A stretch of 64,000 nucleotides of DNA from an uncultured Chroococcidiopsis sp. (lineage in GTDB: Bacteria > Cyanobacteriota > Cyanobacteriia > Cyanobacteriales > Chroococcidiopsidaceae): the NCBI GenBank assembly GCA_964248365.1, contig CAXTYC010000015.1, positions 58,290 to 122,289 on the forward strand, read 5' to 3'. Under the pieces are notes generated by a model. It was not told the origin of the DNA and did no database searches. It saw only the letters and a list, made by a program, of their open reading frames with translations. A program made the position numbers and the translations under genes. How positions within the stretch are numbered: position 1 is the stretch's first letter; each line of letters opens with the position of its first letter. Of this stretch, positions 29,307 through 40,649 are shown piece by piece.

Positions 29307-29422
29307 AACCTTAATTGAAGAGGACACAGGAAAAAAGTGGGAAAGTAAGCTGTCCTATTCTATTTGCCGTAATTATTGCATACTTTATACATCATAAATA
29401 GCAAAATTTTAACTAAGTATTC

Positions 29423-29465
29423 TGTATATGTATTAACAGATATTTAATGAGATTGCTTTTACAGT
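29423..29465 (+). promoter_or_regulatory. NtcA-type promoter of uraD-puuE
   Basis: TGTA-TATGTATT-AACA; TACAGT (29460-29465) is 22 nt after the core. Confidence 0.62.
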
Positions 29466-29490
29466 TTAGAACTTTGAACAATTAGCTACT

Positions 29491-30012
<522 letters not shown>

Positions 30013-30136
30013 GGGAAAGGGGAAAGGATAAAGGATAAAGGATAAAGGCTAAAGGTTAAAATTTCACACTTCATCCTTCACACTTCATCCTTCACACTTC
30101 CCTACTGGGTCTTTGAAACTAGAGAGACAATAAAAA

Positions 30137-31042
30137 ATGCCAAAGCCTTATCCCAGGGACATAGTTGGTTACGGGCGCAACCCGCCTCTTCCTAAGTGGC
30201 ACAATCAAGCGCGGATTGCCGTGCAGTTTGTAATCAATTACGAAGAAGGGGGAGAAACCTGTATCCTGCATGGCGACCAGGCTTCGGAGACATTTTTATC
30301 AGAGATTGTTGGCGCGGAACCTCTAAGGGGGTTGCGACACATGAACATGGAATCTGTCTACGAATACGGTAGTCGGGCGGGCTTCTGGCGATTGCATCGG
30401 TTATTTACCTCGCGGGGTATTCCTGTGACAGTCTATGGTATAGCGATGGCGTTAGAGCGCAATCCAGAAGCAGTATCCGCTATGGTTGAGGCAGATTGGG
30501 AAATTGCCAGTCATGGCTGGCGTTGGATTGACTATAAGTATTTTGGTGAGGATGAAGAGCGAGAGCATCTACACAAAGCGATCGCTATCCACACCCAGGT
30601 AACAGGTAGTCGTCCTCTCGGTTGGTATACTGGACGCACTAGCCCTCATAGCCGTCGGCTAGTAGTAGAAGCAGGAGGCTTTCTCTACGATGCCGATAGC
30701 TACGCCGATGATTTGCCCTACTGGGTGCATGACTACGGCAAACCCCATCTGGTGATTCCCTACACTCTTGACAATAATGATATGCGCTTCGCCACCACCC
30801 AAGGGTTTAATTCTGGCGATCAGTTTTTTACTTACCTGCGAGATGCCTTTGATGTCCTCTATGCCGAGGGTGAAATCACACCCAAGATGATGAGTGTGGG
30901 GCTACACTGTCGCTTAGCAGGTAGACCAGGACGAGCCGCTTCCCTAGCGCGTTTTCTAGACTACGTACAGCAACATGAGCGAGTTTGGCTATGTCGTCGA
31001 ATTGACATTGCTCGTCATTGGCATAAGCATCATCAGCCGTGA
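30137..31042 (+). CDS. puuE: Allantoinase PuuE (polysaccharide-deacetylase fold)
   Basis: YPRDIVGYG, NYEEGGE, YEYGSRAGFWRL, HGWRWI, GWYTGR, GLHCRL.GRPGR. Confidence 0.93.
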   Translation: MPKPYPRDIVGYGRNPPLPKWHNQARIAVQFVINYEEGGETCILHGDQASETFLSEIVGAEPLRGLRHMNMESVYEYGSRAGFWRLHRLFTSRGIPVTVYGIAMALERNPEAVSAMVEADWEIASHGWRWIDYKYFGEDEEREHLHKAIAIHTQVTGSRPLGWYTGRTSPHSRRLVVEAGGFLYDADSYADDLPYWVHDYGKPHLVIPYTLDNNDMRFATTQGFNSGDQFFTYLRDAFDVLYAEGEITPKMMSVGLHCRLAGRPGRAASLARFLDYVQQHERVWLCRRIDIARHWHKHHQP

Positions 31043-31198
31043 TCTCGTTGTGTGTTTAGATAGTACTCGTTATGGCAGCAGGGGGGCAGAGGGGCAAAGG
31101 GGCAGAGGAGCCACTTGCGTGCGGGGGTTCCCCCCGCAGGGGCAAAGTGGCGTGGGCAGAGGGGCAGACTAGCCTAAGCGCCTCTAGCTATAGCGCCC

Positions 31199-32542
31199 CT
31201 AGCCTCTATACTGAATGCGGTAAATCCTATTATTAGCTTCCTCTGTAAATAATAAACTGCCGTCGGGCAATACAAGTAAACCAACTGGTCTACCCCAGGT
31301 AGTGGGAACAGATGGATCTAGGAGAAATCCTGTGAGAAAATCTTCGTAGTAGCCTTGAGGTCGCCCGTTTGAGTTGAAGGGAACAAAAACAATTTTATAA
31401 CCAGTGCCGCGATCGCGGTTCCAAGAACCACGAAAAGCCACAAATGCCCCGTTTCGATATTTTTCAGGAAAGGTTTTACCGTCGTAAAATTGAAGCCCCA
31501 GCGCAGCTGAATGCGCTTGGAACAAAACATCTGGTGTTTTGGTTTTGGCTACCAAATCAGGGCGTTTACTCTTGCCGTTTTGTGTCTGGCGCGGATCTAA
31601 TTTATTTGGTGTTAAGTAAGCATAGGGCCAGCCGTAGAATTCTCCCTGTTGTAGGCGAGTTAGATAGTCTGGCACTAAATCATCACCAATTTGATCTCGT
31701 TCGTTCACCGTTGCATACAATTGTTTCGTGGTAGGGTGAAAATCTAAACCAACTGGATTACGCAAACCAAAGGCAAAGGTTTGTTGGTTTGAACCGTCCA
31801 GATTCATTACCTGAACTGAAGCACGGGGAAGCGGTTCTTCATCAACATTTGATTTGGAACCAACCGACACATATAACTTCTGCCCATCAGGTGAAGCAAC
31901 AACATTGCGCGTCCAATGTTGGTTGTAGCCACCACCAGGAAGAGCGGCAATTTTTTTACCCGTACCTGTGAGTTGCTGTTGACCTTTAGTATAGGGAAAC
32001 CGCAATACAGCATCTGTGTTGCCAAGGAAAAAAGAATTCCCACTAAAAGCCATACCAAAGGGAATATTCAGCCCATTTTTAGCACTAGCAAAGGTTTGAC
32101 TCACATCTGCCACACCATCGCCATTGGTGTCGCGCAGTAAGCGAATTCGATTTTGTCTGGTTTGTGTTACCAGTACATCACCACTGGGAGTAAGAGCAAG
32201 CCAACGCGGGGCATCTAAATCTTCAGCATAGACGTTGACTGTGAAGCCTTTCGGTACACGCAAAGTTGGGTTTTGTGGAATGGGGATGGCATCGGGAGGT
32301 TTAGACGCGCTTTCGCTAGCAAAGGGTGCTGGTAAATCAGTTGCTTTAATGCGGATAGGTGTCGGTGATAGCGCCTCTGTTGGCACTATATTTTTGGGTT
32401 GTGCGGGGGCGGATTGGGGCGAATTGCTTGCATAGAGTTGCGTTACAGTAGTTTTCGTTTGCTCATCGAGTGCGGCGCGAGTCGAGTCACAGCCAGATGA
32501 AAAAAGCAGCAGTAGCAGCAGCAACAAACGGAGTGAATTCAT
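31199..32542 (-). CDS. Sorbosone/glucose dehydrogenase-family lipoprotein
   Basis: Lipobox SSGC, HWTRN, GLRNPVG, ERD.IGDDLVPDY, FRGSWNR, GRPVG. Confidence 0.88.
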   Translation of the reverse strand: MNSLRLLLLLLLLFSSGCDSTRAALDEQTKTTVTQLYASNSPQSAPAQPKNIVPTEALSPTPIRIKATDLPAPFASESASKPPDAIPIPQNPTLRVPKGFTVNVYAEDLDAPRWLALTPSGDVLVTQTRQNRIRLLRDTNGDGVADVSQTFASAKNGLNIPFGMAFSGNSFFLGNTDAVLRFPYTKGQQQLTGTGKKIAALPGGGYNQHWTRNVVASPDGQKLYVSVGSKSNVDEEPLPRASVQVMNLDGSNQQTFAFGLRNPVGLDFHPTTKQLYATVNERDQIGDDLVPDYLTRLQQGEFYGWPYAYLTPNKLDPRQTQNGKSKRPDLVAKTKTPDVLFQAHSAALGLQFYDGKTFPEKYRNGAFVAFRGSWNRDRGTGYKIVFVPFNSNGRPQGYYEDFLTGFLLDPSVPTTWGRPVGLLVLPDGSLLFTEEANNRIYRIQYRG

Positions 32543-32685
32543 GGTTTTTGGAGGGGCTAGGGGCTAGAGGTGAGTGGGAGAGGGGGAACTCGATATTCCC
32601 CTCTGGGGATAAGGGGGCAAGGGGGAGAGGGGGAGAAAATACCTTTACCCTTTACCCTTTCCCCTTTACCCTTTCTTCTTACTTT

Positions 32686-33030
32686 CTATTTAACCGGGCG
32701 AAATTGATAAGGCTCGTCTTTCGCCCCCCATATCTGTTCACCAGCAGCATCAAAGCCGCGATCTTGGGTGTCCATCCCTGCTTGATGCAATACAATATGA
32801 TTTGTGATTCTCGTTGCACCTTTCCAATCACTTGGACAACCACCTGCTTTTGTCTCACCTACATATTTATCAACTTGACGTTGCAAGAACACACTACAGG
32901 TGGATTTACCAACTTCACTAATTCTCACGACACGCTCTGCTTCTGGCTTAGCACATAAGCCAATCCAAGCTTTTGGAGTTGGGGGTTTAAATACAGCTGA
33001 TTCTACACTGCGTCCATCTGCACTAGTTGG
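32686..33030 (-). pseudogene. C-terminal fragment of a CpcT/CpeT-type chromophore lyase
   Basis: FKP..PKAWIGLC, GGCPS..GA, MDT.DRGFDA.GEQIWGA..EPYQF resemble the CpcT/CpeT C-terminal half; the N-terminal position is occupied by the GH5 gene. Confidence 0.65.
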
Positions 33031-33043
33031 CTTGCAAAAAACA

Positions 33044-34408
33044 TTATTTGTTGATTGCATTTACTTTTTTAGCATGAGTAATAATTACATTTACTGTCGT
33101 ATCTTTGTCATAAACACTATACCAACCTTGTTGCTCATGGGGAGGATCGCCTATAAAAGTATCTCCTACTTTCCAATTTGAACCATAAGGCTTTTTCGGT
33201 CTGCCTTCTCCTGCCCAAGCCCAGAAATTTACTCCCACAACAGGGTTTTTATCTTTAATTGATTGCTCAACTTTATCAAAGACCGCTCGGTAATAAATAT
33301 CTCTGTATTTTGTAGATTTAGCAGGATCAAAGCTACCCGAATCTCTGGCAATCCCAAACTCTTCTAATACAAGTGGCTTATTAAGCTGTTTCGCTTTCTT
33401 CACATGGTCATCAAAATATTCTATCATTTTTTTCTGGGCAGATTCATAAGTGCTGTCTTGTTTTGATGGGTCGTACCAGCCCCAATTTTGTATCCAAATG
33501 TGCATGGTAGTATAGTCGATATTTTTCCCATCATGATTTTTAATAAAGTCCATACCAGCATCTTTATACGGCGTTTCACCTTCAGAACCCGTAGTTACAA
33601 GATGATTTCTATCTAATGATTTAATATAATCCGCAGTCTCATCTATCCATTGATTAAACGCCTCAACATTATTAACTCCCCTGGGCTCATTGGCAAGCTC
33701 CCAAGCCATGATTGTCGGATCATCTTTATAAGCAATATTGCTATATTTATTCGTTCTACTAATAATGAATTTCAACAAATTATTAAAATCTTCTTTAGCT
33801 GCCCCCTTCGAGTAAAATTTCGCAGTATACTTTTGATAAGTATCCCAGCTACCACCAGGTTGAGGAGGAGGATAGGGGATAGATTCTTGAGAATGCCATT
33901 GAATATATTGTGCCATTCCTCCAGACCAGTGCCAAAAATTATTTAGGCATACAACGGCATACATATTTCTTTTACCCATTTCATAAAGTAGGAAATCTAA
34001 AGCATCTAAGACTTCTTGGTTATATACACCTGGAGACTTTTGTAAAGCAGGTTTCATGCGCCAAGGCTCGGTATCTGGACCTTCACTGGCAGCCATAATC
34101 CTGAGATTTGTGATTCCCATTGATTTCAATTTGTCTAATTCTCGAAGCAATCTTTTTCTATCACCTCCGGTTCCTTTTGAGCCAAGGTTTAAGCCGTACC
34201 AAAAATTAGTACCAACGAAATAATAAGGTTTTCCATTTACTTCAAATCTTGTGCCGTTTACTCTTACAAAGTTATCTTGCCTTTGATTTGTATTACCTAA
34301 ACTAACAGTAATCGCCAGAAATAAAAAAATAAATCCTGCTGATGGGAATAAAAATTTTTTGTAACTGTTAGCAAATAAAGCTTTGATCTGATTGAGATGG
34401 AAAACCAT
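33044..34408 (-). CDS. GH5 endo-1,4-beta-mannanase, secreted
   Basis: N-terminal hydrophobic segment, GTNFWY, WSGGMAQY, AWELANEPR (acid/base Glu), LEEFG (nucleophile), GDPPHEQQGWYSV. Confidence 0.88.
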   Translation of the reverse strand: MVFHLNQIKALFANSYKKFLFPSAGFIFLFLAITVSLGNTNQRQDNFVRVNGTRFEVNGKPYYFVGTNFWYGLNLGSKGTGGDRKRLLRELDKLKSMGITNLRIMAASEGPDTEPWRMKPALQKSPGVYNQEVLDALDFLLYEMGKRNMYAVVCLNNFWHWSGGMAQYIQWHSQESIPYPPPQPGGSWDTYQKYTAKFYSKGAAKEDFNNLLKFIISRTNKYSNIAYKDDPTIMAWELANEPRGVNNVEAFNQWIDETADYIKSLDRNHLVTTGSEGETPYKDAGMDFIKNHDGKNIDYTTMHIWIQNWGWYDPSKQDSTYESAQKKMIEYFDDHVKKAKQLNKPLVLEEFGIARDSGSFDPAKSTKYRDIYYRAVFDKVEQSIKDKNPVVGVNFWAWAGEGRPKKPYGSNWKVGDTFIGDPPHEQQGWYSVYDKDTTVNVIITHAKKVNAINK

Positions 34409-34551
34409 AGGGTCTGATTGCAATCCTTACTTTTGAGTTGCCCATTACTAGGCAAAGTCTAGTTTATCTCGTTACTAGGCTCAGCCTGATAACGAGAATA
34501 ATAGCAATTATTTAAGAATCCAAAATCTAAAATTTAAAATCTAAAATCAGA

Positions 34552-35532
34552 TCAGCGATGTCGGGAGCGGGTGCGGAGTTTATCAATGATTACTGCGATA
34601 ATGATAACTAGACCTTTAACTACTAACTGCCAGAAAAATGACATATTTAGCAAGGTAAGACCATTGTTGAGTGTGGCAATAATCAAAGCTCCTAGCAGTG
34701 TACCGAAAATAGTTCCAACTCCACCAGAGAAACTAGTTCCCCCTAGGATAACAGCAGCGATCGCATCAAGTTCATAACCAGTTCCCAATATACCAGTTGC
34801 ACTGTAAAGACGGCTGGCACTCATAATTCCTGCCAAGCCTGAAAGCAAGCCACTCACACCATAGACAAATAACAACACATAACTTACTTTAATTCCTGTA
34901 AGCCTTGCTGCTCGTGAGTTGCCACCTACTGCATAAATCTGCACTCCAAGTACAGTGCGTCTCAAGATAAACCAGCTTACCAGAACGGTTAACAGGGCAA
35001 TTACAACCAGCCAAGGAATTGCACCGAGATAGCTATTACCCACCCAGGCAAAATTCAAGTTAGGATTAATTACCGTCGTGCCATTAGCCAAGAGATAGGC
35101 GACACCCCGTAATCCTGTAAGCCCACCAAGGGTTACTATGAACGGTGGCAAATCTAGATAGGCTATTAGTATACCGTTAATCAAACCGATAAGTAGTCCT
35201 GCTGCCAGGGCAACTGGTACAGCAAGCCAACTGATTGGAAGTAACGAAATGACAACTGCAATGACTGCGGTTACGGCTAAAATTGACCCAACTGACAGAT
35301 CAATTCCTCCGGTTAAAATCACAAATGTCATGCCGCAAGCCAGCACAATATTGATTGATGCTTGTCGGACAACATTAATTAGGTTCCCTACCGAGAGGAA
35401 GTTGGGTGTAAGGATAGAAAATAGGATACAAATTAAGATTAGAATCGGTAGGATGCCTGCAACTTGAAATAGATTACTCCACGATCGCACGAGGGAAGCA
35501 TGGCGATCGCTTGTTACCTTGGCAAATTTCAT
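34552..35532 (-). CDS. Sugar (ribose-type) ABC transporter permease
   Basis: GGIDLSVGS, PPFIVTLG, AVGGN..AARL.G, YELDAIAAVILGG. Confidence 0.92.
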   Translation of the reverse strand: MKFAKVTSDRHASLVRSWSNLFQVAGILPILILICILFSILTPNFLSVGNLINVVRQASINIVLACGMTFVILTGGIDLSVGSILAVTAVIAVVISLLPISWLAVPVALAAGLLIGLINGILIAYLDLPPFIVTLGGLTGLRGVAYLLANGTTVINPNLNFAWVGNSYLGAIPWLVVIALLTVLVSWFILRRTVLGVQIYAVGGNSRAARLTGIKVSYVLLFVYGVSGLLSGLAGIMSASRLYSATGILGTGYELDAIAAVILGGTSFSGGVGTIFGTLLGALIIATLNNGLTLLNMSFFWQLVVKGLVIIIAVIIDKLRTRSRHR

Positions 35533-35643
35533 AATTTTTCTGGTGTTGCAGAGATTATGAAGAATGATGTCACGCAAAGACGCACTCGTCGCTAAGGTGC
35601 TAAGGAGAGAAGAGGCAAAGGTGCTAAGGAGAGAAGAGGATTT

Positions 35644-37155
35644 TTATACCTGTGCTGCTCCTGTTGCCAATGCCATTATGTTCTGGGGGGTAATTTCTTT
35701 TCGTGATGATCCTCCTAGTTCACCAACTAGTCTACCCTCGCGCATGACTAAGACGCGATCGCTCATGCCTACAATTTCGGGCAATTCACTGGAAATCATT
35801 AAGATTGCTACACCTTGCCTTGCCAAATTACCAATAATATGATATATTTCTTGTTTAGCTCCAATATCAACTCCCCGCGTTGGCTCATCTAGCAACAGTA
35901 TTTTAGGATTAATTTCTAGCCAGCGCGATAGCAGTAACTTTTGTTGATTGCCTCCTGAAAGATCCATTGCTCTTGTAGATAGGCTTGCCCCACGAATGCT
36001 AAACTTTTTCACTGCCCCAGCTGCAATCTTACCAATCTGCTGCCAGTTGACAATTCCAGCTTTTGATTCGCGTGGGAACACATTCATAGTAATATTATTA
36101 CAAGCACTCATCTCCAGAAACAATCCTTGCTGTTTGCGGTCTTCTGGGACATAAGCAATTCCAGATGCGATGGCATCAGCAGGACTGAAATTTTTCAGTT
36201 TTTGACCTGCTAGTTTAACTTCACCACTTACGCTTGAGTCTGCACCAAATATCAGACGAGCAAGTTCTGTTCTACCAGCACCAACTAAACCCGCTAGACC
36301 AACAATTTCCCCAGCATGAAGTTGGAAAGATGTAGGTTTAATCTTGCGTCCATCACTCAAATCGGTGACTTCCAGCATGACTGCACCAAGAGTCTTTTGG
36401 GCTTTATGTTCATAAAAATCTTGTAATGACCGCCCCACCATCATTTGAATCAGTTTGTGTGGGGATTCACCTTGCTCAAGAGTGCCAACGTATTCACCAT
36501 CGCGCAGCACACTAATCCGGTTAGCAAGTAGCAACACTTCTTCCATTCGGTGGCTGATGTAAATTATCGCTATTCCATCATTTTGTAATTTGCGAATTAC
36601 CTGGAATAATCTTTCTGTTTCACGTTCACTCAGGGCTGCTGTTGGCTCATCCATAACTAGGATGCGGCTACGATCTTTTAAAGCTCTGGCAATCTCGACT
36701 TGCTGCTGTGAGGCAATCGAGAGAGTTGAAACGAGATCGTCGGGTGCAAAACTAGCTCCCAGGTTTTCGAGAACAACCGCAGCTTGCGATCGCATTCGCT
36801 CTCGAGCCAAAATTATACCAGCCTGGGCAAGTTCACTACCCATAAATATATTTTCAGCGACGCTGAGATTAGGAGCAAGATTAAGCTCTTGATAAATCAG
36901 TGTAATGCCTGCGCCTCTTGCCTGACTTGGGTTAGTAATATCAACTGCCATCCCATTGATGCAGATTTTACCCTCGTCAGCTGCGATCGCCCCTGCTAGA
37001 ATTTTCATCAATGTACTCTTTCCCGCCCCATTCTCACCCATCAAGGCATGAATTTCACCTGGAAAAATTGTCAAGTTTACATTCTGCAAAGCAGGTACAC
37101 CATGAAACCTTTTTGTAATACCCTGCATTTCCAGTATCGGTGTACCTTCTTTCAT
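35644..37155 (-). CDS. Sugar ABC transporter ATP-binding protein (tandem NBD)
   Basis: [36 protein letters not shown]. Confidence 0.93.
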   Translation of the reverse strand: MKEGTPILEMQGITKRFHGVPALQNVNLTIFPGEIHALMGENGAGKSTLMKILAGAIAADEGKICINGMAVDITNPSQARGAGITLIYQELNLAPNLSVAENIFMGSELAQAGIILARERMRSQAAVVLENLGASFAPDDLVSTLSIASQQQVEIARALKDRSRILVMDEPTAALSERETERLFQVIRKLQNDGIAIIYISHRMEEVLLLANRISVLRDGEYVGTLEQGESPHKLIQMMVGRSLQDFYEHKAQKTLGAVMLEVTDLSDGRKIKPTSFQLHAGEIVGLAGLVGAGRTELARLIFGADSSVSGEVKLAGQKLKNFSPADAIASGIAYVPEDRKQQGLFLEMSACNNITMNVFPRESKAGIVNWQQIGKIAAGAVKKFSIRGASLSTRAMDLSGGNQQKLLLSRWLEINPKILLLDEPTRGVDIGAKQEIYHIIGNLARQGVAILMISSELPEIVGMSDRVLVMREGRLVGELGGSSRKEITPQNIMALATGAAQV

Positions 37156-37295
37156 CCTTTGTCCTTTATCATTAGGCTTATAAGTCTTTTTTTGTTTCGC
37201 GCAAAGGCGCAAAGCCGCGATCGTTCGGACGCAAAAGGTTCCGCGCTGCGCTCTTTATGCAAGAAGTCTATTCATCCTTTATCCTTCATCCTTTA

Positions 37296-38279
37296 TCATT
37301 TACTAGTCCAACCTTGATATTCTTTAACATTCTCACGAGTAACAAGTTTTACCGGAATCAAAATTGTAGAAGAGGCAGGTTTGTTGCCTTGCAGGATATC
37401 GTTACCAATTTCAACTGCTCTCACAGCCATTTGAAAGGGGTCTTGAGCGGCTGTAGCAACAAATAAGCTATCTTTAGTTTCAATTGCACTTTTAGCTTCG
37501 GGTGCGCCGTCTACACCAACAATAAAAAATTCGTTACGTTTAGCTTGTTTAGCTGCTAATTCTGCACCGATTCCAGTAGGATCGTTAATAGCAAAAACAG
37601 CATCAATTTTGGGAAATGATGTGAGTAAATCGCTCATTACTCTTAATCCACCGTCACGATTTCCTTCAGCATTTTGATCTCTGGAAAGAACTTTTATCCC
37701 TTGATATTTTGCTAATATTTGCTCACAACCTTTGACGCGATCGCTTACGGCAGATACAGGAGGACCATTAATAATAACGACGTTTCCTTTACCTTTTAAG
37801 CGGTCTGCAATATACTGGCAACTAATTTCACCTGCTTGCACGTTGTTTGAGGTAATTGTCGCATCAACTCCACCCTCAGCCGCTACATCGACGGCAATTA
37901 CTGGAATACCAGCTTGCTTGGCATTAATTACAGCGGGGGCAATTCCCTTACTGTCGGCAGCGTTGAGTACAATCAGGTTAGTTTGCGATGCAACGAAGTT
38001 TTGCATCTGGTTGAATTGTTGATTTAAGTCGTATCCACTCGAAACGACTGTTGTCTTGACGTTCTCGCCGCCTAGTTTTTTTGCACCAGACGAGGCACCC
38101 TTACCAATCTGCACAAAAAAGGGGTTGCCAAGATCGCCAACTGTGACACCAATTGATTTAAGTGCCTTTGTTTGATTGGTTTGGGAATTTGAACTTTGAT
38201 TACGAGATTCTGATGTGCAAGCCACAAGCATACTGCTGAGGAGGCTCAATATACTAAAAGCGATCGCTACTCTTTTCAC
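37296..38279 (-). CDS. Sugar ABC transporter substrate-binding lipoprotein
   Basis: Lipobox LVAC, NPFF, IPVIAVD, FAIND, VGVDG. Confidence 0.92.
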   Translation of the reverse strand: MKRVAIAFSILSLLSSMLVACTSESRNQSSNSQTNQTKALKSIGVTVGDLGNPFFVQIGKGASSGAKKLGGENVKTTVVSSGYDLNQQFNQMQNFVASQTNLIVLNAADSKGIAPAVINAKQAGIPVIAVDVAAEGGVDATITSNNVQAGEISCQYIADRLKGKGNVVIINGPPVSAVSDRVKGCEQILAKYQGIKVLSRDQNAEGNRDGGLRVMSDLLTSFPKIDAVFAINDPTGIGAELAAKQAKRNEFFIVGVDGAPEAKSAIETKDSLFVATAAQDPFQMAVRAVEIGNDILQGNKPASSTILIPVKLVTRENVKEYQGWTSK

Positions 38280-38313
38280 ATTGAATCAATTGTCAATTAT
38301 CAATTATCAATTA

Positions 38314-39621
38314 TTACGGTTCCAAATCTTTGTGATTAAAAGATTTAGCATTTGTACCTGTGTAGGTAGCGGCAATATGTCCATCGCCAACCAGTTGATA
38401 TTTATATGTTACTAGTCCTTCTAAACCAACTGGACCACGAGGCGGCATTTTTTGCGTACTAATTCCGACTTCTGCGCCAAAACCGTAGCGGAAGCCATCA
38501 GCAAAGCGAGTTGAGCAGTTATGGTAAACTCCAGCTGCGTCTACTTGTGCTAGGAATGTCGAGGCTGCACAAAAATCTTCTGTAGCGATCGCTTCTGTAT
38601 GTCTCGAACCGTATGTATTAATATGGGCGATCGCTTCTTCTAGGGAATCTACAATCTTGATCGCCAAAATTAAATCGCTGTATTCTGTCTCCCAGTCTGT
38701 CTGTGTAGCAGCAGCAATATCTAAAATCTTACAAGTACGCTCATCTCCTCTTAACTCTACGCCGCACGAGTGCAAGGCACGAGCAACCAAAGGTAAAAAT
38801 CTAGAAGCGATCGCTTGATGAACCAGTAGAGTTTCAATTGCATTACAAGCTGCTGGATATTGCGTTTTGGAGTCGAGGGTAATTTCTACTGCCTTGGCAA
38901 TATCAGCTGAAGAATCTACATAAAGATGACAAATTCCGTCTGCGTGTCCTAATACAGGAATACGAGTATTTTCCTGCACAAATCTGACAAATGAATTAGA
39001 ACCTCTGGGAATGATTAGATCTACATATTGGTCTAACTTTAACAGTGCCAAAGTTTCTTCTCTTGTTGTCAGTAATTGTACCACATTAGGATTAACTTCT
39101 GTCTGGGCTAATCCCGTGTGAATTGCTTTGACTATTGCCTCACACGAACGAATTGCTTCTTTTCCACCTTTGAGAATGACACCATTACCAGACTTGATTG
39201 CTAGTGAAGAAATCTGAATTGCTGCATCTGGTCTTGCTTCAAAAATTACACCCAATACACCTAAAGGGCAAGTAATTCGCTTGAGGATTAACCCTTGATC
39301 TAATTGTCGATGAATTTGTACTGCACCGACTGGATCGCTTAGCCTGCCTACATCTCGCACTCCTGCGATCCCACTGTTTAGCTTTGCTTCATCCAACTTC
39401 AATCGATTATAAAGCGGTTTGGCAATTCCATCTAAGGCGGCTTGACAATCTGCCGCATTTGCTGCCAAAATCTCTTCTTTTGCAGATTCTAAAGCAGCGG
39501 CGATCGCTTCAATCGCTTGATTTTTTACCTCAGTTGACAGACAGGCTAGCTGACGTGCAGCGAGGCGGGTTTGTTGGGCGATTTGAATCAGGGGTGGAGT
39601 TGCAACAGAGGAAGCAGTCAT
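38314..39621 (-). CDS. proA: Gamma-glutamyl phosphate reductase
   Basis: [44 protein letters not shown]. Confidence 0.95.
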   Translation of the reverse strand: MTASSVATPPLIQIAQQTRLAARQLACLSTEVKNQAIEAIAAALESAKEEILAANAADCQAALDGIAKPLYNRLKLDEAKLNSGIAGVRDVGRLSDPVGAVQIHRQLDQGLILKRITCPLGVLGVIFEARPDAAIQISSLAIKSGNGVILKGGKEAIRSCEAIVKAIHTGLAQTEVNPNVVQLLTTREETLALLKLDQYVDLIIPRGSNSFVRFVQENTRIPVLGHADGICHLYVDSSADIAKAVEITLDSKTQYPAACNAIETLLVHQAIASRFLPLVARALHSCGVELRGDERTCKILDIAAATQTDWETEYSDLILAIKIVDSLEEAIAHINTYGSRHTEAIATEDFCAASTFLAQVDAAGVYHNCSTRFADGFRYGFGAEVGISTQKMPPRGPVGLEGLVTYKYQLVGDGHIAATYTGTNAKSFNHKDLEP

Positions 39622-39719
39622 CGTAGGATCAAACAGTAGGATATAGAAGCCGAATAGCAAAATCCTGGCTTCTGCTTAAATTCTAATGGTTAGGATGCCT
39701 CGTTTATACTAACTGATAA

Positions 39720-40424
39720 ATGAAACCATATCAGCAAGTACCAATTGTTGAGTGCGGGGAACCGCTTGTACCAATTCCTTCGGATTTTGCCATAGAGTCG
39801 CCCCATCCTTATCAACAACTGGGTGCTACCTATGAAAAGCGATCCCCCTATTATTTACGTCAAAGTGTACTTGACAATTTGCGGAATGCTCAAACTAAAC
39901 TCCAGCAAAGTCATCCTCGCTGGCGAATCAAGATTTTTGACGCATATCGCCCGATTGCCATCCAGCAATTTATGGTCGATTATACATTTGCTCAAGTGGT
40001 GCAAAGTCAAGGACTGATAGCGGATAATTTATCACAAAGCTCGCGCGATCGCATTTGGCAACAGGTGTATCAAATTTGGGCTGTACCAAGTTTAGATCCT
40101 CGCACTCCTCCACCCCATAGTACAGGTGCGGCGATTGATATTACCTTGCTAGACGATACGGGTGAAACGGTAAATATGGGTTCACCGATTGATGAATTGT
40201 CAGCGCGATCGCATCCCGATTACTTTGCCCATAGTACCGATTCCTTAGAACAACAATATCATGCCCACCGCCAGCTATTGCACGATGTAATGTATTGGGC
40301 TGGGTTTATGCGTCATCCAGGCGAGTGGTGGCATTTTTCTCTAGGCGATCAAATGTGGACTTGGTTGAAGAATCAAGAGAATCCAGATCATGTTGCTGTA
40401 GCGCGATATGGTTGTGTGGAATGA
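39720..40424 (+). CDS. D-Ala-D-Ala dipeptidase (M15/VanX-like)
   Basis: FDAYRP, HSTGAAID, EWWHF. Confidence 0.9.
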   Translation: MKPYQQVPIVECGEPLVPIPSDFAIESPHPYQQLGATYEKRSPYYLRQSVLDNLRNAQTKLQQSHPRWRIKIFDAYRPIAIQQFMVDYTFAQVVQSQGLIADNLSQSSRDRIWQQVYQIWAVPSLDPRTPPPHSTGAAIDITLLDDTGETVNMGSPIDELSARSHPDYFAHSTDSLEQQYHAHRQLLHDVMYWAGFMRHPGEWWHFSLGDQMWTWLKNQENPDHVAVARYGCVE

Positions 40425-40649
40425 GAGACTAGGGGCGCTATAGCTAGGGGCTAGGGGTGAGGGAAATATTAAGTGTGAAGGATGAAGGATGAAGGATGTA
40501 GGCGAAGCCTTCCCCAATGGTAGGATGAAGTGTAAAATTTTAACCTTTATACTTTACCCTTTAACCTTTAACATTTACCCTTTCCCCTTTTCCCTTTCAC
40601 GCTCTACCAATTACCAATTAACCTCATTCGCTCAAGGCAACATAATAAC

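Noticed and set aside
32470..32958. 162-aa plus-strand ORF and other antisense ORFs (e.g. 5350-5802, 25617-26048, 44709-45143)
   Set aside because: Shadow frames of confident genes or translations of tandem repeats; no motifs.
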